NCBI GenBank assembly: GCA_964575305.1
Contig: CAZNPG010000005.1
Location: forward strand, 505-64,504
DNA length: 64,000 nucleotides
Source: an uncultured Gammaproteobacteria bacterium
Lineage (GTDB): Bacteria > Pseudomonadota > Gammaproteobacteria > Magnimaribacterales > TMED112
Direction: 5' to 3'
Part shown: one piece after another, positions 27,580 through 37,452 of the stretch
How positions within the stretch are numbered: position 1 is the stretch's first letter
Layout: each line of letters begins with the position of its first letter
Program-made: the position numbers and the translations under genes
The notes under the pieces: generated by a model
Told to the model about the DNA's origin: nothing
Seen by the model: the letters and a program-made list of their open reading frames with translations, nothing else
The model's database searches: none

Positions 27580-27990
27580 TTAATTTGGTTCTGCTGCAAG
27601 GGAAATATCAAAAACTCCTGCGTCTCTAGCACCATCCATAACTTGAATGATTGCATCTGCACTAGCAGTCTCATCAGCCTGTATAACCACAGTTCCTTGA
27701 GGATTGTCTGCTAGCAGCTTAAGAACATTAGCTTTTACCTGCCTTACATCAATTCTTCTTCCGTCCATATAAATTTCGTCATTTCCACCAACAGCAATTA
27801 GAATGGCTGCGTTTTCTTGGATTTCCGATGTATCAGAATCTGGTCTATTTACTTCCAGTCCAGGTTCTTTAATAAAGTTAGCTGTAACAATAAAGAAAAT
27901 AAGCATGATGAAAACAACATCAAGCATTGGTGTTAAATTTATTTCGCTTTCTTCTTCTCTTGCTGCAGATGATATTGCGTTTCTTCTCAT
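27580..27990 (-). CDS. exbD: Biopolymer transport protein ExbD/TolR
   Basis: INLTPMLDVVFIMLIFFIV and a periplasmic domain ..VVIQADETASADAIIQVMDGARDAG. Confidence 0.9.
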   Translation of the reverse strand: MRRNAISSAAREEESEINLTPMLDVVFIMLIFFIVTANFIKEPGLEVNRPDSDTSEIQENAAILIAVGGNDEIYMDGRRIDVRQVKANVLKLLADNPQGTVVIQADETASADAIIQVMDGARDAGVFDISLAAEPN

Positions 27991-28532
27991 TTCTTCACTC
28001 CTTTTTTACTATGTCCTGAAACATATTCTCCCATTAATAGTTCATTAGTTTCAACTTGGTTTTTAACCCAAATCATTGCTAAGACTCCAGATAGCGCAGA
28101 GACCATGCCTGCCATAGTCGGCAACGTAGCTTTTGACACTCCACCAGCCATTGATCGTGCATCTCCTCCACCATTGAAAGCCATGACTTGAAAGACCTCA
28201 ATCATTCCAGTTACAGTTCCCATTAGTCCAAATAGAGGGCATAAAGCTATACATACCTGTATAAGCTGAATGTTTCTATTAATTGCTATTCTGCCTTCAG
28301 AGATCAATCTACCTTTTGTCATATTTTTATGCCATGGTGTAGGAAAGTTCATGCCCAAGTATCTTTTGTTGATTCCTTTTGCAACTTCCTCATGGACAAA
28401 TAGAAAATAATATATCCTTTCAAAAATAAGGGCCCACATAAAGGTGACCAGTAAGGCTATGTACCATAAAACTGGGCCACCTGACTCCATAAAGTCACGG
28501 AGGGCTATGTAGAGCTCAGTAAGCCAGATCAT
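27987..28532 (-). CDS. exbB: MotA/TolQ/ExbB proton-channel protein
   Basis: 181 aa with three TM segments, containing LCPLFGLMGTVTGMI.VF and ATLPTMAGMVSAL. Confidence 0.85.
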   Translation of the reverse strand: MIWLTELYIALRDFMESGGPVLWYIALLVTFMWALIFERIYYFLFVHEEVAKGINKRYLGMNFPTPWHKNMTKGRLISEGRIAINRNIQLIQVCIALCPLFGLMGTVTGMIEVFQVMAFNGGGDARSMAGGVSKATLPTMAGMVSALSGVLAMIWVKNQVETNELLMGEYVSGHSKKGVKK

Positions 28533-28534
28533 AT

Positions 28535-29911
28535 TTATTTAGCTTTTTCAGCAACAATACCTGTAGCTTGTTCTTCAAGAACATCAACCACTGATCTTGC
28601 AGATGATTGCAAGAATGAATGTGCTAATGTTGTTGGTATAGCAACAACCAAACCTAATACTGTTGTAACAAGTGCTTGTGAAATACCGCCAGCCATAATT
28701 TTTGGATCACCAGTACCAAACAAAGTAATTTGTTGGAAGGTAACAATCATACCTGTTACTGTACCTAATAGTCCTGCTAGCGGAGCTACCACTGATACAA
28801 TTTTCACGAAACTTATACCTCTTTCAATTGAAGGTCTTTCAGCCATAATTGCTTCAGCAAGCTTAAGCTCAAGCCTATCAATTGTTTCTTTCATATGTGA
28901 GGCACCAACTTTTAAAACTCTGCCCAATGGGTTATTTGAATTTGGAGTAGAAGAAGCAAGTTGAGCTTGAACTTCTCTGCCCATTAGCCAAAGCATTACA
29001 TATTTATAAATTGCATATATTAGAGTTATTGCACCAATTGCCAGGATGATATAACCGATTATTCCACCTTGGTTGATTCTCTCAAGTAGAGAAGGGTTTT
29101 GCACAAGGTTTGCTAATAAAGCTCCACCTGATGGTCCGCTTGGGTCTACAGAAAAGCTTACGTAACCACTTGAAACATCTGCATTTGAAACTCTTCCAGC
29201 TGAACTTGTATAACGTCCCGCAGGCTGTCTAGCTAAGAATTGATACTGTCCTTTTGTCGGAACATACTCAAGGTAACTATTACCACAAACTGCATTATAA
29301 ACACCGACCCTTACTACATCACACTCAGTTTGCGTACCATCAACATTAATAACAGTTGCGGAGAAACGGCTTACCTCACCAGTAGCCTTCATTTCACGCA
29401 TAATTTCATACCAAACTCTTTCAATCTCTTCTATAGTTGGAAGCTCAGTTGACTCTCCCATCTTTTTAGTAAGGTCTCCTAGGAATGTTTCTCTTTCCTT
29501 GCCAAATTCTGCTGCAGTTAGAGAAGATTCAAATGTAACCCTTGAATCAGTACTAATACTTTGCATGTGTCCAAAAAGCTCATTTAGCGAACCAAGTTGC
29601 TTGAGGTATGCTTCCTCAGCAATTCTAAGCTTCTCTTGATTCTTAACAAATTCAGCTTCTAATTGGTCTGCAATTCTTTCTTGTCTAGCTAGCTCTCTTT
29701 GTTCTGCCTTGAGGATTTGGTCTTGCTTATCTCTGGCAGCTTTAAATTCAGCTTCTCTTTTCTTATTCTCACCCTGCTCTTGTGATTTACCTTCTTTGAC
29801 AAGCTCTAAAAGCTTATCAAGATTGCTTGGAGCTTGAACTTCAGATTCTTGTGCAAAAGCGTAGCCTGAACTTATCAAAAACGTCAAAAAGATAATTTTT
29901 AAATATTTCAT
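28535..29911 (-). CDS. Large MotA/TolQ/ExbB-family protein with a long periplasmic N-domain (TtpC-like)
   Basis: 458 aa with a signal peptide, a coiled-coil N-domain, and a C-terminal channel block APLAGLLGTVTGMI.TF..ISQALVTTVLGLVVAIP. Confidence 0.8.
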   Translation of the reverse strand: MKYLKIIFLTFLISSGYAFAQESEVQAPSNLDKLLELVKEGKSQEQGENKKREAEFKAARDKQDQILKAEQRELARQERIADQLEAEFVKNQEKLRIAEEAYLKQLGSLNELFGHMQSISTDSRVTFESSLTAAEFGKERETFLGDLTKKMGESTELPTIEEIERVWYEIMREMKATGEVSRFSATVINVDGTQTECDVVRVGVYNAVCGNSYLEYVPTKGQYQFLARQPAGRYTSSAGRVSNADVSSGYVSFSVDPSGPSGGALLANLVQNPSLLERINQGGIIGYIILAIGAITLIYAIYKYVMLWLMGREVQAQLASSTPNSNNPLGRVLKVGASHMKETIDRLELKLAEAIMAERPSIERGISFVKIVSVVAPLAGLLGTVTGMIVTFQQITLFGTGDPKIMAGGISQALVTTVLGLVVAIPTTLAHSFLQSSARSVVDVLEEQATGIVAEKAK

Positions 29912-30660
29912 TATTCGCCCTCCACAAATTTAACAGGAACAGCAAGTAAATCTAATGGTGCTGTTTTGTTAGCCATTCTGATACCATCTCTTACAGGTAA
30001 TCTATAACCACTAACTTCTACCCATTCGCCAGCTTCTGCATCCCAGACTCCTGCTTCGCTTTGATCTTTTAATTGATACATTAAAGCTAGTCTTCCTATT
30101 CTTAAGATGTTCACAACTTTTTCTTCTCCACCCAAGACAATAGCGTCCTCATAGGTTTCGATTGTTCTGCCATATTCTCTTTCAATGTTATAAGCTTCAA
30201 GAACCTGTCTCACTTGCTCTGATGCTGTTACTTTAGGGTCTGAAAGTGTATTTCTAACTTGATTGATTCTCTTATATCTCTCATCAAGAGAAAATGGAGC
30301 ATCAAGCGAAACAAACTGTTCTAGGCTATTAGCCATTCTTTCCATCAAAGGCGGTATCTGTCTTTGAATAACTACAACTTGTCTTGTTTGTTCAGCTAAA
30401 GTTACAAGTCTATCTTCTTGTGCTTGTATCTGCTTTCTTTTTTGTGCATTGTAGATTTTTAGACCTTCTACTTGCTTTACGACTACCTTCCACTCGGCTA
30501 AGAGGGAATCTTTTTCAGTTGACAATCCATCAACTTTTTCTTGAGACTTTTCAGATAGAGAGATGCTTTCTTCGTTTTCCTCTAAGATCTGATCTATATC
30601 AGCATTATCCGCAAATGCGAACACTGCTAATAGGGATAAAATATATACGTATTTTTTCAT
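29911..30660 (-). CDS. DUF3450 periplasmic coiled-coil protein (TtpB-like), first gene of the TonB2-type cluster
   Basis: Signal peptide, a coiled coil, and a C-terminal ..ILRIGRLALMYQ..D....G.WD. It has a 1-nt overlap with the next gene. Confidence 0.7.
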   Translation of the reverse strand: MKKYVYILSLLAVFAFADNADIDQILEENEESISLSEKSQEKVDGLSTEKDSLLAEWKVVVKQVEGLKIYNAQKRKQIQAQEDRLVTLAEQTRQVVVIQRQIPPLMERMANSLEQFVSLDAPFSLDERYKRINQVRNTLSDPKVTASEQVRQVLEAYNIEREYGRTIETYEDAIVLGGEEKVVNILRIGRLALMYQLKDQSEAGVWDAEAGEWVEVSGYRLPVRDGIRMANKTAPLDLLAVPVKFVEGE

Positions 30661-30747
30661 GATCTTGTTACCCTTTTTAAAAACTTGACTGTTAAAACTA
30701 TCAAATTATTCTTATTTTACAACTATTTTTGAACTAAAAATCGCGTT

Positions 30748-31641
30748 TTAAAAGAGTTTTGGGAAGAATACAGGTGTATTTCTTTTATATTCTTGGTATT
30801 CAGGCTTTTCACCCCATTTTTTGTCTGATCTATCTTCTAGCAATCTTACCCCACTTACATAGTAAATGAGCAAAAATCCAAACACAGGAGAGATTAAAGA
30901 TACATATTGAAGTCCTGTCATAACAGGCACTGCTATAACAGAAATCCCAATCCAAAGAGATACTTCTCCAAAATAATTTGGATGTCTTGAGAGGTCCCAT
31001 AACCCTCCGGTAATAAATTTTCCTTCATTCGATGGGTTGCTCTTAAATTTTGTTTTCTGGTGATCAGCTATAACTTGAAAACTAAAACCAAAAATCCATA
31101 GCCCAAGCCCAATCCAACCAACAATACCCATTTCAACTTGAGTTAATGCAGAAAGAGCAACTAGAGCTGAAAGAGCTTGAATGAATACCCAAGCAGCTGA
31201 TAGAGTCCATGTCATGAAAAGTTGGCTAAAGCTCGGCAATATCGTTCTAAATCTTTTATCATGGCCATCTTTAAGCACACGCCAAAATAGAAAGCCACCT
31301 AGCCTTACCGTCCAAATCATAATACAGGAATAAAGCAACAATGATCTTAAATCTAAAATCTCGTGTACAGCTGTCTGCTTAATAAAGACAACAAATGATA
31401 GAACGGTTATGTAGGTTATTGTTCCTGTAAGATCGTAAAATTTTTCTGTCTGAAAAATATATGAGGGGATAAAAAGAATCCAGTGAATTGCGAAAGAAAT
31501 ATACATTGCCATCATAATTAGCGATAGGCCTTCACTCTCGATAGTTCCAACAGATACGACAACAGCAAGAAAATAGCAGACAAAAAATGTAACTGCTGAG
31601 ATAGCAAGATAAATTAAAGGTTGTAAAATAGTTTTAGCCAT
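30748..31641 (-). CDS. DUF1295 / steroid 5-alpha-reductase-like membrane protein
   Basis: Polytopic, with the C-terminal signature GLWDLSRHPNYFGE. I chose the start at the internal Met (MAKTILQ) because the track start at 31722 would overlap the divergent efp. Confidence 0.7.
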   Translation of the reverse strand: MAKTILQPLIYLAISAVTFFVCYFLAVVVSVGTIESEGLSLIMMAMYISFAIHWILFIPSYIFQTEKFYDLTGTITYITVLSFVVFIKQTAVHEILDLRSLLLYSCIMIWTVRLGGFLFWRVLKDGHDKRFRTILPSFSQLFMTWTLSAAWVFIQALSALVALSALTQVEMGIVGWIGLGLWIFGFSFQVIADHQKTKFKSNPSNEGKFITGGLWDLSRHPNYFGEVSLWIGISVIAVPVMTGLQYVSLISPVFGFLLIYYVSGVRLLEDRSDKKWGEKPEYQEYKRNTPVFFPKLF

Positions 31642-31709
31642 TATTTGTTTTGATATATGTATCATACATAAAAAACTACCGAACAAAAAAGAGCTTAAGA
31701 ATTTAAAAG

Positions 31710-32276
31710 ATGAAATATACAACCAATCAATTTAAACCTGGTTTGAAAGTATTAATTGAAAAAGAGCCATGCTCTATTCTTTCATATGAATTTCATAAGC
31801 CTGGAAAAGGTCAAGCCGTCATGAGAACAAAGCTATATAACTTAAGAACTCAAAAAGTTTGGGAAAGAACTTTCAAGTCGGGCGAATCTGTAGAGGCTGC
31901 TGACGTAGTAGAGAGAGACTTTCAATTCTTATATATAGAGGGACAAAATTATGTATTTATGGATCAAGATTCCTATGAACAGATAGAAATATCTTCAGAA
32001 AAGCTAGAAGATATAAAAGGATGGCTAGACGGTGAGGAGGAGTGCAAGATACTTTTCTGGAACGGTGAGGTCTTGAACGTAGAACCACCAACTTTTGTTA
32101 TAAAAACTATTGCGCAAACAGAACCTGGGCTTAAAGGAGATACAGTTTCAAATACTTTAAAACCTGCAACACTATCATCTGGAATAGAAATCCAAGTTCC
32201 AATATTCATTAATGAGGGTGAACAAATAAAAGTTGATACCAGAGATGGGTCGTATGTAGGTAGAAGCAAGCAATGA
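31710..32276 (+). CDS. efp: Elongation factor P
   Basis: FKPGLKVLIEKEPCSILSYEFHKPGKGQAVMRTKLYNL, with the modified Lys in the KPGKGQA loop; 188 aa. Confidence 0.97.
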   Translation: MKYTTNQFKPGLKVLIEKEPCSILSYEFHKPGKGQAVMRTKLYNLRTQKVWERTFKSGESVEAADVVERDFQFLYIEGQNYVFMDQDSYEQIEISSEKLEDIKGWLDGEEECKILFWNGEVLNVEPPTFVIKTIAQTEPGLKGDTVSNTLKPATLSSGIEIQVPIFINEGEQIKVDTRDGSYVGRSKQ

Positions 32277-33982
32277 TTCTTAATGATTTAAATCAAATAC
32301 TACAAACTGGTGTTGAAAAGGTTGCTCAAGAAATGGCAGTGCAAATAAGTTCTGATTTGATGGAACAAGTTAATTTTGAAATTAGTTCAGATAGTAAAAG
32401 AGGAGACTATGCATCAAGCTGTTCACTAAAGTTATCAAAGCTATTTGGCATTAACCCAAGAGAATTAGCAGAAGCAATAAAACCATCAATAAATGACGAC
32501 AGAATTACAGAAATAAAAATTGAAGGCCCTGGCTTTATAAATATTTTTATATCTGCTGAAGAAAAATATAAAGCTTTAAAAGAGATTCTTGTAGCTAATG
32601 ATAATTGGGGAAGGTCTGAAGATTTTTCTGGCAAGATTTTATTGGAATTCGTCTCGTCAAATCCAACTGGTCCATTACATGTTGGGCATGGAAGGGGGGC
32701 TGTTTTAGGAATGGCAATTTCAAACCTTTTGGAACAGATAGGGTTTGAAGTAACAAAAGAGTATTACGTTAATGATGCTGGTAGACAGATATCCATATTA
32801 ACTAGCAGTGTAATTTTGAATGCATATGTAGAAAATTTTGAAAGCGAGGGAACCTATGAAGGTGATTATATCAAGGGTCTGGCAGATGATTTTCGAAAAA
32901 AGCATGGAGAGCTTGATAAAAAAATTACATTCAGCAAATTAGACAGTGACAAAGATATTAGGCTAGATTCAATTGCATCTTATCTGCAAGAATCTTTTAA
33001 AGACACCTGGGAGAGAGCCAGAGATTTTTCAGTTGAGAGAATTTTAGAAATAATAAAAAATGATTTGCATAGTTTTGGGATAGTTCATGATAGTTGGTTT
33101 AAAGAAAGCTCACTTGGTAAAGCCAATGATTCTGATTCAGATTTATCCAAGTCTTTGGAAATAATTAATGAAAAAAAGCATACGTTTGAGAAAGATGGAG
33201 CTAAGTGGTTTAGGACAACTGAGTTTGGAGATGATAAGGACAGAGTTCTACTTAGAGAAAATGGTGAACCTACTTATTATTTGACTGATGTTGGTTATCA
33301 CAAGAATAAAATTGATAGAGATTACGATCAATACATAAATATTTTTGGTGCTGATCACCATGGTTATATTCCAAGACTTACTTCAGCTTTTGATGTGATG
33401 AAAAAAGATGGCCAAAATATTGAGTTTGTCTTATACCAACTAGTGAATCTTTATGAAGATGGCATAAAGAAGATGATGTCTACCAGAAGAGGAGAATTCT
33501 ATTCATTGAGTGATTTAAGAGAAGAGTTAGGCCCTGATGTTATTAAGTTCTTCTTTTTGGAAAAAAAATCAGATCACACAATGGATTTTGATATGGATCT
33601 TGCAAAAGACGAGAGCAAAAATAATCCATATTTTTATGCACAATATGCCTATGTACGGTGCTGTTCAATACTTAACAAGGCTAACTTTGACCCAGATAAA
33701 GAAATAGCCTTGAATGAAATAAGTAATTGTTTTGAGATCGTCACTAAAGCAATGAACTTCCCACACTATGTAAAAGATTATGCGCTTGAAAGGTCGCCGC
33801 ACTCACTTGTTCACTTTATTAAAGAATTTTCAGCTGCCTTCCATTCATTTTATGAAAGCAGCCCAGTTCTTTCTGAGGATGAGGCAATTTCAAATTCAAG
33901 ACTTCTAATAACTATGATTACTAAACAAATTCTTAAGAATAGTTTTAAGATTTTAAATGTAGAGCCACTAGAAAAAATGTGA
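32273..33982 (+). CDS. argS: Arginine--tRNA ligase
   Basis: The HIGH motif SSNPTGPLHVGHGRG, ADHHGYIPR, MSTRRGEF (KMSK-like) and the C-terminal DALR anticodon-binding pattern. Confidence 0.95.
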   Translation: MILNDLNQILQTGVEKVAQEMAVQISSDLMEQVNFEISSDSKRGDYASSCSLKLSKLFGINPRELAEAIKPSINDDRITEIKIEGPGFINIFISAEEKYKALKEILVANDNWGRSEDFSGKILLEFVSSNPTGPLHVGHGRGAVLGMAISNLLEQIGFEVTKEYYVNDAGRQISILTSSVILNAYVENFESEGTYEGDYIKGLADDFRKKHGELDKKITFSKLDSDKDIRLDSIASYLQESFKDTWERARDFSVERILEIIKNDLHSFGIVHDSWFKESSLGKANDSDSDLSKSLEIINEKKHTFEKDGAKWFRTTEFGDDKDRVLLRENGEPTYYLTDVGYHKNKIDRDYDQYINIFGADHHGYIPRLTSAFDVMKKDGQNIEFVLYQLVNLYEDGIKKMMSTRRGEFYSLSDLREELGPDVIKFFFLEKKSDHTMDFDMDLAKDESKNNPYFYAQYAYVRCCSILNKANFDPDKEIALNEISNCFEIVTKAMNFPHYVKDYALERSPHSLVHFIKEFSAAFHSFYESSPVLSEDEAISNSRLLITMITKQILKNSFKILNVEPLEKM

Positions 33983-33983
33983 G

Positions 33984-34463
33984 ATGTCTAACTTTTCTTT
34001 TAAAAACAAAAAATTTCCAATTAAAGCTATTCCAACTTTAACTCTAGCTATTTTAGTATCTTTTTTTGCAACTATTTTTTCGATAATATTTTTAAAAGAT
34101 TCTAAAGATTTTTTAGATCTAGACAGGTTTAATGTTGAAGATATTGATTATGAATTCCAAACTATCCTGGAAGAAAGCTCATTCGATAAGTTAGATGAGG
34201 TCGTCAGTAATCCAAGTGAAATATGTGAGTATTTTGCACAATCCGGTAGCTTTAGAAGCTATAGAGCTGCAGAAAGCCAATATAAGGAGCTTGAAAAAAT
34301 TGGCTACATTCCAGTAATAGAAAATGTTAATAGCGAGAACGGCTATAACTATATTGTTGTTGTTGGACCATTTGAAAATAGATCACAAACTAATAATGCA
34401 AGAGAAAATCTTAGACGATTAAATATGGACTCTTTAGAAAAAAGAAGTTGTAAAAAAATTTAA
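33984..34463 (+). CDS. SPOR-domain membrane protein (septal peptidoglycan binding)
   Basis: One N-terminal TM helix and a C-terminal SPOR-like YFAQSGSFRSYRAAESQYKELEKIGY..YIVVVGPFENRSQTNNARENL. Confidence 0.7.
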   Translation: MSNFSFKNKKFPIKAIPTLTLAILVSFFATIFSIIFLKDSKDFLDLDRFNVEDIDYEFQTILEESSFDKLDEVVSNPSEICEYFAQSGSFRSYRAAESQYKELEKIGYIPVIENVNSENGYNYIVVVGPFENRSQTNNARENLRRLNMDSLEKRSCKKI

Positions 34464-34464
34464 G

Positions 34465-35106
34465 ATGGATCTTGATAATTTTCATAGATTTAAAAATACC
34501 TTGGAAGCAGGATGCAAATTAATAGCTGTTTCTAAAGGACAATCTATAGAAAAAATCCAAGCACTTTACGATGAAGGGCAAAGAGATTTTGGTGAGAACT
34601 TTTTACAAGAGCTTCAGGGCAAAAAGACACAGTTACCAGAAGATATTATTTGGCACTTCTTAGGCAATATTCAAAGCAATAAACTTTTTGAGGTCATGAA
34701 CTGTTCAGATTTAACACACTCAATTAGCCGAAAAAAAATTTATGACAAATTACTTACTTTTCAATCAGAAAAAGAAAAAAATATTTTATTGCAATTAAAA
34801 CTAGGCGATGAAGAGTCAAAGTCTGGTTTTACCGAGCATGAAATATATGAAATTATTAATACACATCCAGTAAATTGTCCCATTGTTATTAAAGGCCTAA
34901 TGGTAATAGCTGAAAACAATATCTCAACCAGTGAAATTACTAATCAATTTCACTTTGCAGCGGCAGTTTTTAAGAAAATAAAACTATTAGATAAAAATAT
35001 AGAATTTTTATCTATGGGTATGTCAGGAGACTTTAATATTGCACTTGATGCTGGCAGTAATATGATACGAATTGGGACATCTCTTTTTGGAGATAGAAAA
35101 AAATGA
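34465..35106 (+). CDS. yggS: YggS-family pyridoxal-phosphate homeostasis protein
   Basis: LIAVSKGQS (PLP Lys), FGENFLQEL, HFLGNIQSNK and SMGMSGDF..A...GS..IRIGT..FG. Confidence 0.9.
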   Translation: MDLDNFHRFKNTLEAGCKLIAVSKGQSIEKIQALYDEGQRDFGENFLQELQGKKTQLPEDIIWHFLGNIQSNKLFEVMNCSDLTHSISRKKIYDKLLTFQSEKEKNILLQLKLGDEESKSGFTEHEIYEIINTHPVNCPIVIKGLMVIAENNISTSEITNQFHFAAAVFKKIKLLDKNIEFLSMGMSGDFNIALDAGSNMIRIGTSLFGDRKK

Positions 35107-35648
35107 ACGATCCGACAACTTTCTTTGAAATGCTTATGGTAGTTAAGACAATCGTTGTCTACCTGATACTTGTTTTATTTCTTATAGACCTCTCAAGAGC
35201 AGATACCTACAATAAAATTGCAAGAGTAATAAAAATCTTATTGTTCCCATTATTGCTGGTCTTTAACGTACATTATAAAAAGATCAATATTGGTTTGCTT
35301 TTTGCAGCATTTTTAATAAATTTTGTTTCTTTTTATATTTTGCTGCCTGGTTATGATCTTGGCACAATTTTTAATTTTTCGTTATTCCAAACAACTAAAT
35401 CGCTTATAGGTTTATTAAAATTTGTTGTTATAGCAGGTGTTGTTCTGAGTTGGTTCTATGCATTTGGCATGAATCTTTACAATTCAGCAACTTCTCTTAT
35501 ACAAGAAGTCTATGAAACAACTGTTTCAATTTTTAGAAATATCATACCTCCCACTGCTGGTTTTGATCTGTCACCGTTAATCGCATTCTTTGCCTTTCAG
35601 CTAGCAGAAAGAATATTAGATATTCTAATGTTCGAATACTTTTCTTAA
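35103..35648 (+). CDS. yggT: YggT-family membrane protein
   Basis: 181 aa, four TM segments, with an ATGA overlap with yggS. The call rests on size, topology and conserved neighbourhood. Confidence 0.65.
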   Translation: MNDPTTFFEMLMVVKTIVVYLILVLFLIDLSRADTYNKIARVIKILLFPLLLVFNVHYKKINIGLLFAAFLINFVSFYILLPGYDLGTIFNFSLFQTTKSLIGLLKFVVIAGVVLSWFYAFGMNLYNSATSLIQEVYETTVSIFRNIIPPTAGFDLSPLIAFFAFQLAERILDILMFEYFS

Positions 35649-36259
35649 TTCTTCAGCAGAATATATCTTCTGATACTGTGCCCTTTTTGTAATCCTTTGC
35701 TATGAAATGTGGAAACTTCGTAGGATATCTCAAAGTTTTCAATAATTTCAAAAAGTTTTTGGGTGTCTAATAGTTCTTTTATATGATCCTGGTACACTTT
35801 AGAGTCAGTAATAATTTCTAATTTGCTCCCTTTTTTAATCTTGCTATGCATAAAACTGAGAAATTCTTTGGAAATAAGTCTACGTTTAATGTGTTTTTTC
35901 TTTGGCCATGGGTCAGGAAAATGAATCCTTATATATGGAATGTCAAAATCTACTGATTCAATGTATTCTCTTGCGTCGCCATTAAAAAGAAACAAATTAT
36001 CGGGCTTATATGTTTCATAAAATTCTATAGCTCTGGCAAACCCTTTTTTATATGGCTCAATACCTATAAAACAGTAGTCTTGATTGGCCAAAACATCTTT
36101 TGAAAAAGATTGGGCGTCACCAAAACCAATATCAATGACTACTGGTTTATTTGTATTAGGTGCATCTCCAAGCTCCAAAATACATTGTGATTTTTTTTCT
36201 AGGAATTTAATGTTTGTGGGCGATAGTCTGCCTGCTCTAGAACTAAAGGTTTTAATCAT
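35645..36259 (-). CDS. trmB: tRNA (guanine46-N7)-methyltransferase
   Basis: VVIDIGFGDA (SAM motif I) and IRIHFPDPWPKKKHIKRRL. Confidence 0.9.
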   Translation of the reverse strand: MIKTFSSRAGRLSPTNIKFLEKKSQCILELGDAPNTNKPVVIDIGFGDAQSFSKDVLANQDYCFIGIEPYKKGFARAIEFYETYKPDNLFLFNGDAREYIESVDFDIPYIRIHFPDPWPKKKHIKRRLISKEFLSFMHSKIKKGSKLEIITDSKVYQDHIKELLDTQKLFEIIENFEISYEVSTFHSKGLQKGHSIRRYILLKN

Positions 36260-36309
36260 TACGCAATAATTGTATGCGAAAAGTATTAGTAGTGAGTGTG
36301 TTTTGTTAA

Positions 36310-37158
36310 CTAGACGTTAACTAAAGAGGTCTTTAACTTTTTGAATGCTGATGCTTCTATTTGTCTTATTCTTTCAGCAGAAACGGAATATTTATCAGCT
36401 AACTCATTTAATGTAAGTTTATGATCATCAAGCCATCTAGCTCTGATAATATCTTGAGCTCTGCGATCCAGTCCTGAGATATTTTTCATTAAAGCTGTAT
36501 GATTAACGCTCTCATAATTATCTTTCTCAGCAAGATCTTCAGGATTAAAAGAATTATCTTCTAAGTATTGGCTTGGTGAGAATGCTTTTTCATCATCTTC
36601 ATCATTGGTTGGCATGTCAAAGGGGCTATCTGCAGAGTTAAGTCTGTTTTCCATATGCATAACTTCTTTGTAAGAGACATCTAAATCAGCTGCTATTTTT
36701 TTAGCTTCTTTATCTGATAACCATCCTGTGCTTTTCTTTTTACTTCTAAGATTAAAAAATAATTTTCTTTGCGCTTTTGTTGTTGCAATCTTTACTATTC
36801 TCCAGTTTTTGAGAATAAATTCATGGATTTCTGCTTTGATCCAATGCACAGCAAATGAAACTAAACGGACTCCTTTATCAGGATCAAACTTTTTTACAGC
36901 CTTTAAAAGGCCTAAGTTTCCTTCTTGGATGATATCTGCTATTGGCAAACCATATCCTGCATAGGATTTAGCAATGTGCACAACAAATCTTAAATGAGAT
37001 ATAACTAGCTTATGAGCGACCTTTACATCTTCAGTTTCGTAAAATTCACGCGTAAGCTCTAGCTCCTCTTCTCTAGTAAGAATTGGAATTGAGTAAACTT
37101 GATTCAGATATTTGTCTATATCTGAGCCAGGATTTGTTAATGCTAATGCGTAACTCAT
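36310..37158 (-). CDS. rpoH: RNA polymerase heat-shock sigma factor sigma-32
   Basis: QEGNLGLLKAVKKFDP.KGVRLVSFAVHWIKAEIHEFILKNWRIVKIATTKAQRKLFFNLR includes the RpoH box, and there is a C-terminal region 4 HTH. Confidence 0.95.
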   Translation of the reverse strand: MSYALALTNPGSDIDKYLNQVYSIPILTREEELELTREFYETEDVKVAHKLVISHLRFVVHIAKSYAGYGLPIADIIQEGNLGLLKAVKKFDPDKGVRLVSFAVHWIKAEIHEFILKNWRIVKIATTKAQRKLFFNLRSKKKSTGWLSDKEAKKIAADLDVSYKEVMHMENRLNSADSPFDMPTNDEDDEKAFSPSQYLEDNSFNPEDLAEKDNYESVNHTALMKNISGLDRRAQDIIRARWLDDHKLTLNELADKYSVSAERIRQIEASAFKKLKTSLVNV

Positions 37159-37214
37159 AATAAATTTTTATAATATACTATAACCATTGTTTATCTTTAT
37201 TGCAATGGAGGAGT

Positions 37215-37244
37215 ATATTACCACTATTTTTTACTGCTTTTCAA
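37215..37244 (-). promoter_or_regulatory. Sigma70-like promoter candidate for rpoH
   Basis: On the minus strand, TTGAAA, an 18-nt spacer, then TAATAT. This gives a ~50-nt leader that contains a CCAUUG..CAAUGG hairpin (37184..37208). Confidence 0.3.
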
Positions 37245-37296
37245 CATTTTTTGACGTTGCTTTGAAGTAAAAGTTCATTAGAATAAACAGCTGATT

Positions 37297-37452
37297 ATGA
37301 ACAATTCTGAAAAACTAAAAAAACTTCGGGAAGGCTTAGTGCTCTTGAGCAGAGACAGAGAGGTAGTTTTCTCATTTCATGAAACTTTTGCGATGGTAGA
37401 TGAGTTATTAGAAATAGTCGACGATCTGATTGAACAAGATTCTAAGAGCTAA
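37297..37452 (+). CDS. Possible 51-aa acidic small protein (unannotated, below the track size cutoff)
   Basis: My translation is MNNSEKLKKLREGLVLLSRDREVVFSFHETFAMVDELLEIVDDLIEQDSKS. There is no clear SD, and the 3' end overlaps the convergent yaaA stop region by 11 nt. Confidence 0.25.
   Translation: MNNSEKLKKLREGLVLLSRDREVVFSFHETFAMVDELLEIVDDLIEQDSKS

Noticed and set aside
30661-30747. Fur box upstream of the TonB2-type cluster (around AAGAATAATTTGATAG on the minus strand)
   Set aside because: It has AT-rich similarity only. Aligned by eye against GATAATGATAATCATTATC it matches poorly, so I cannot distinguish it from background.
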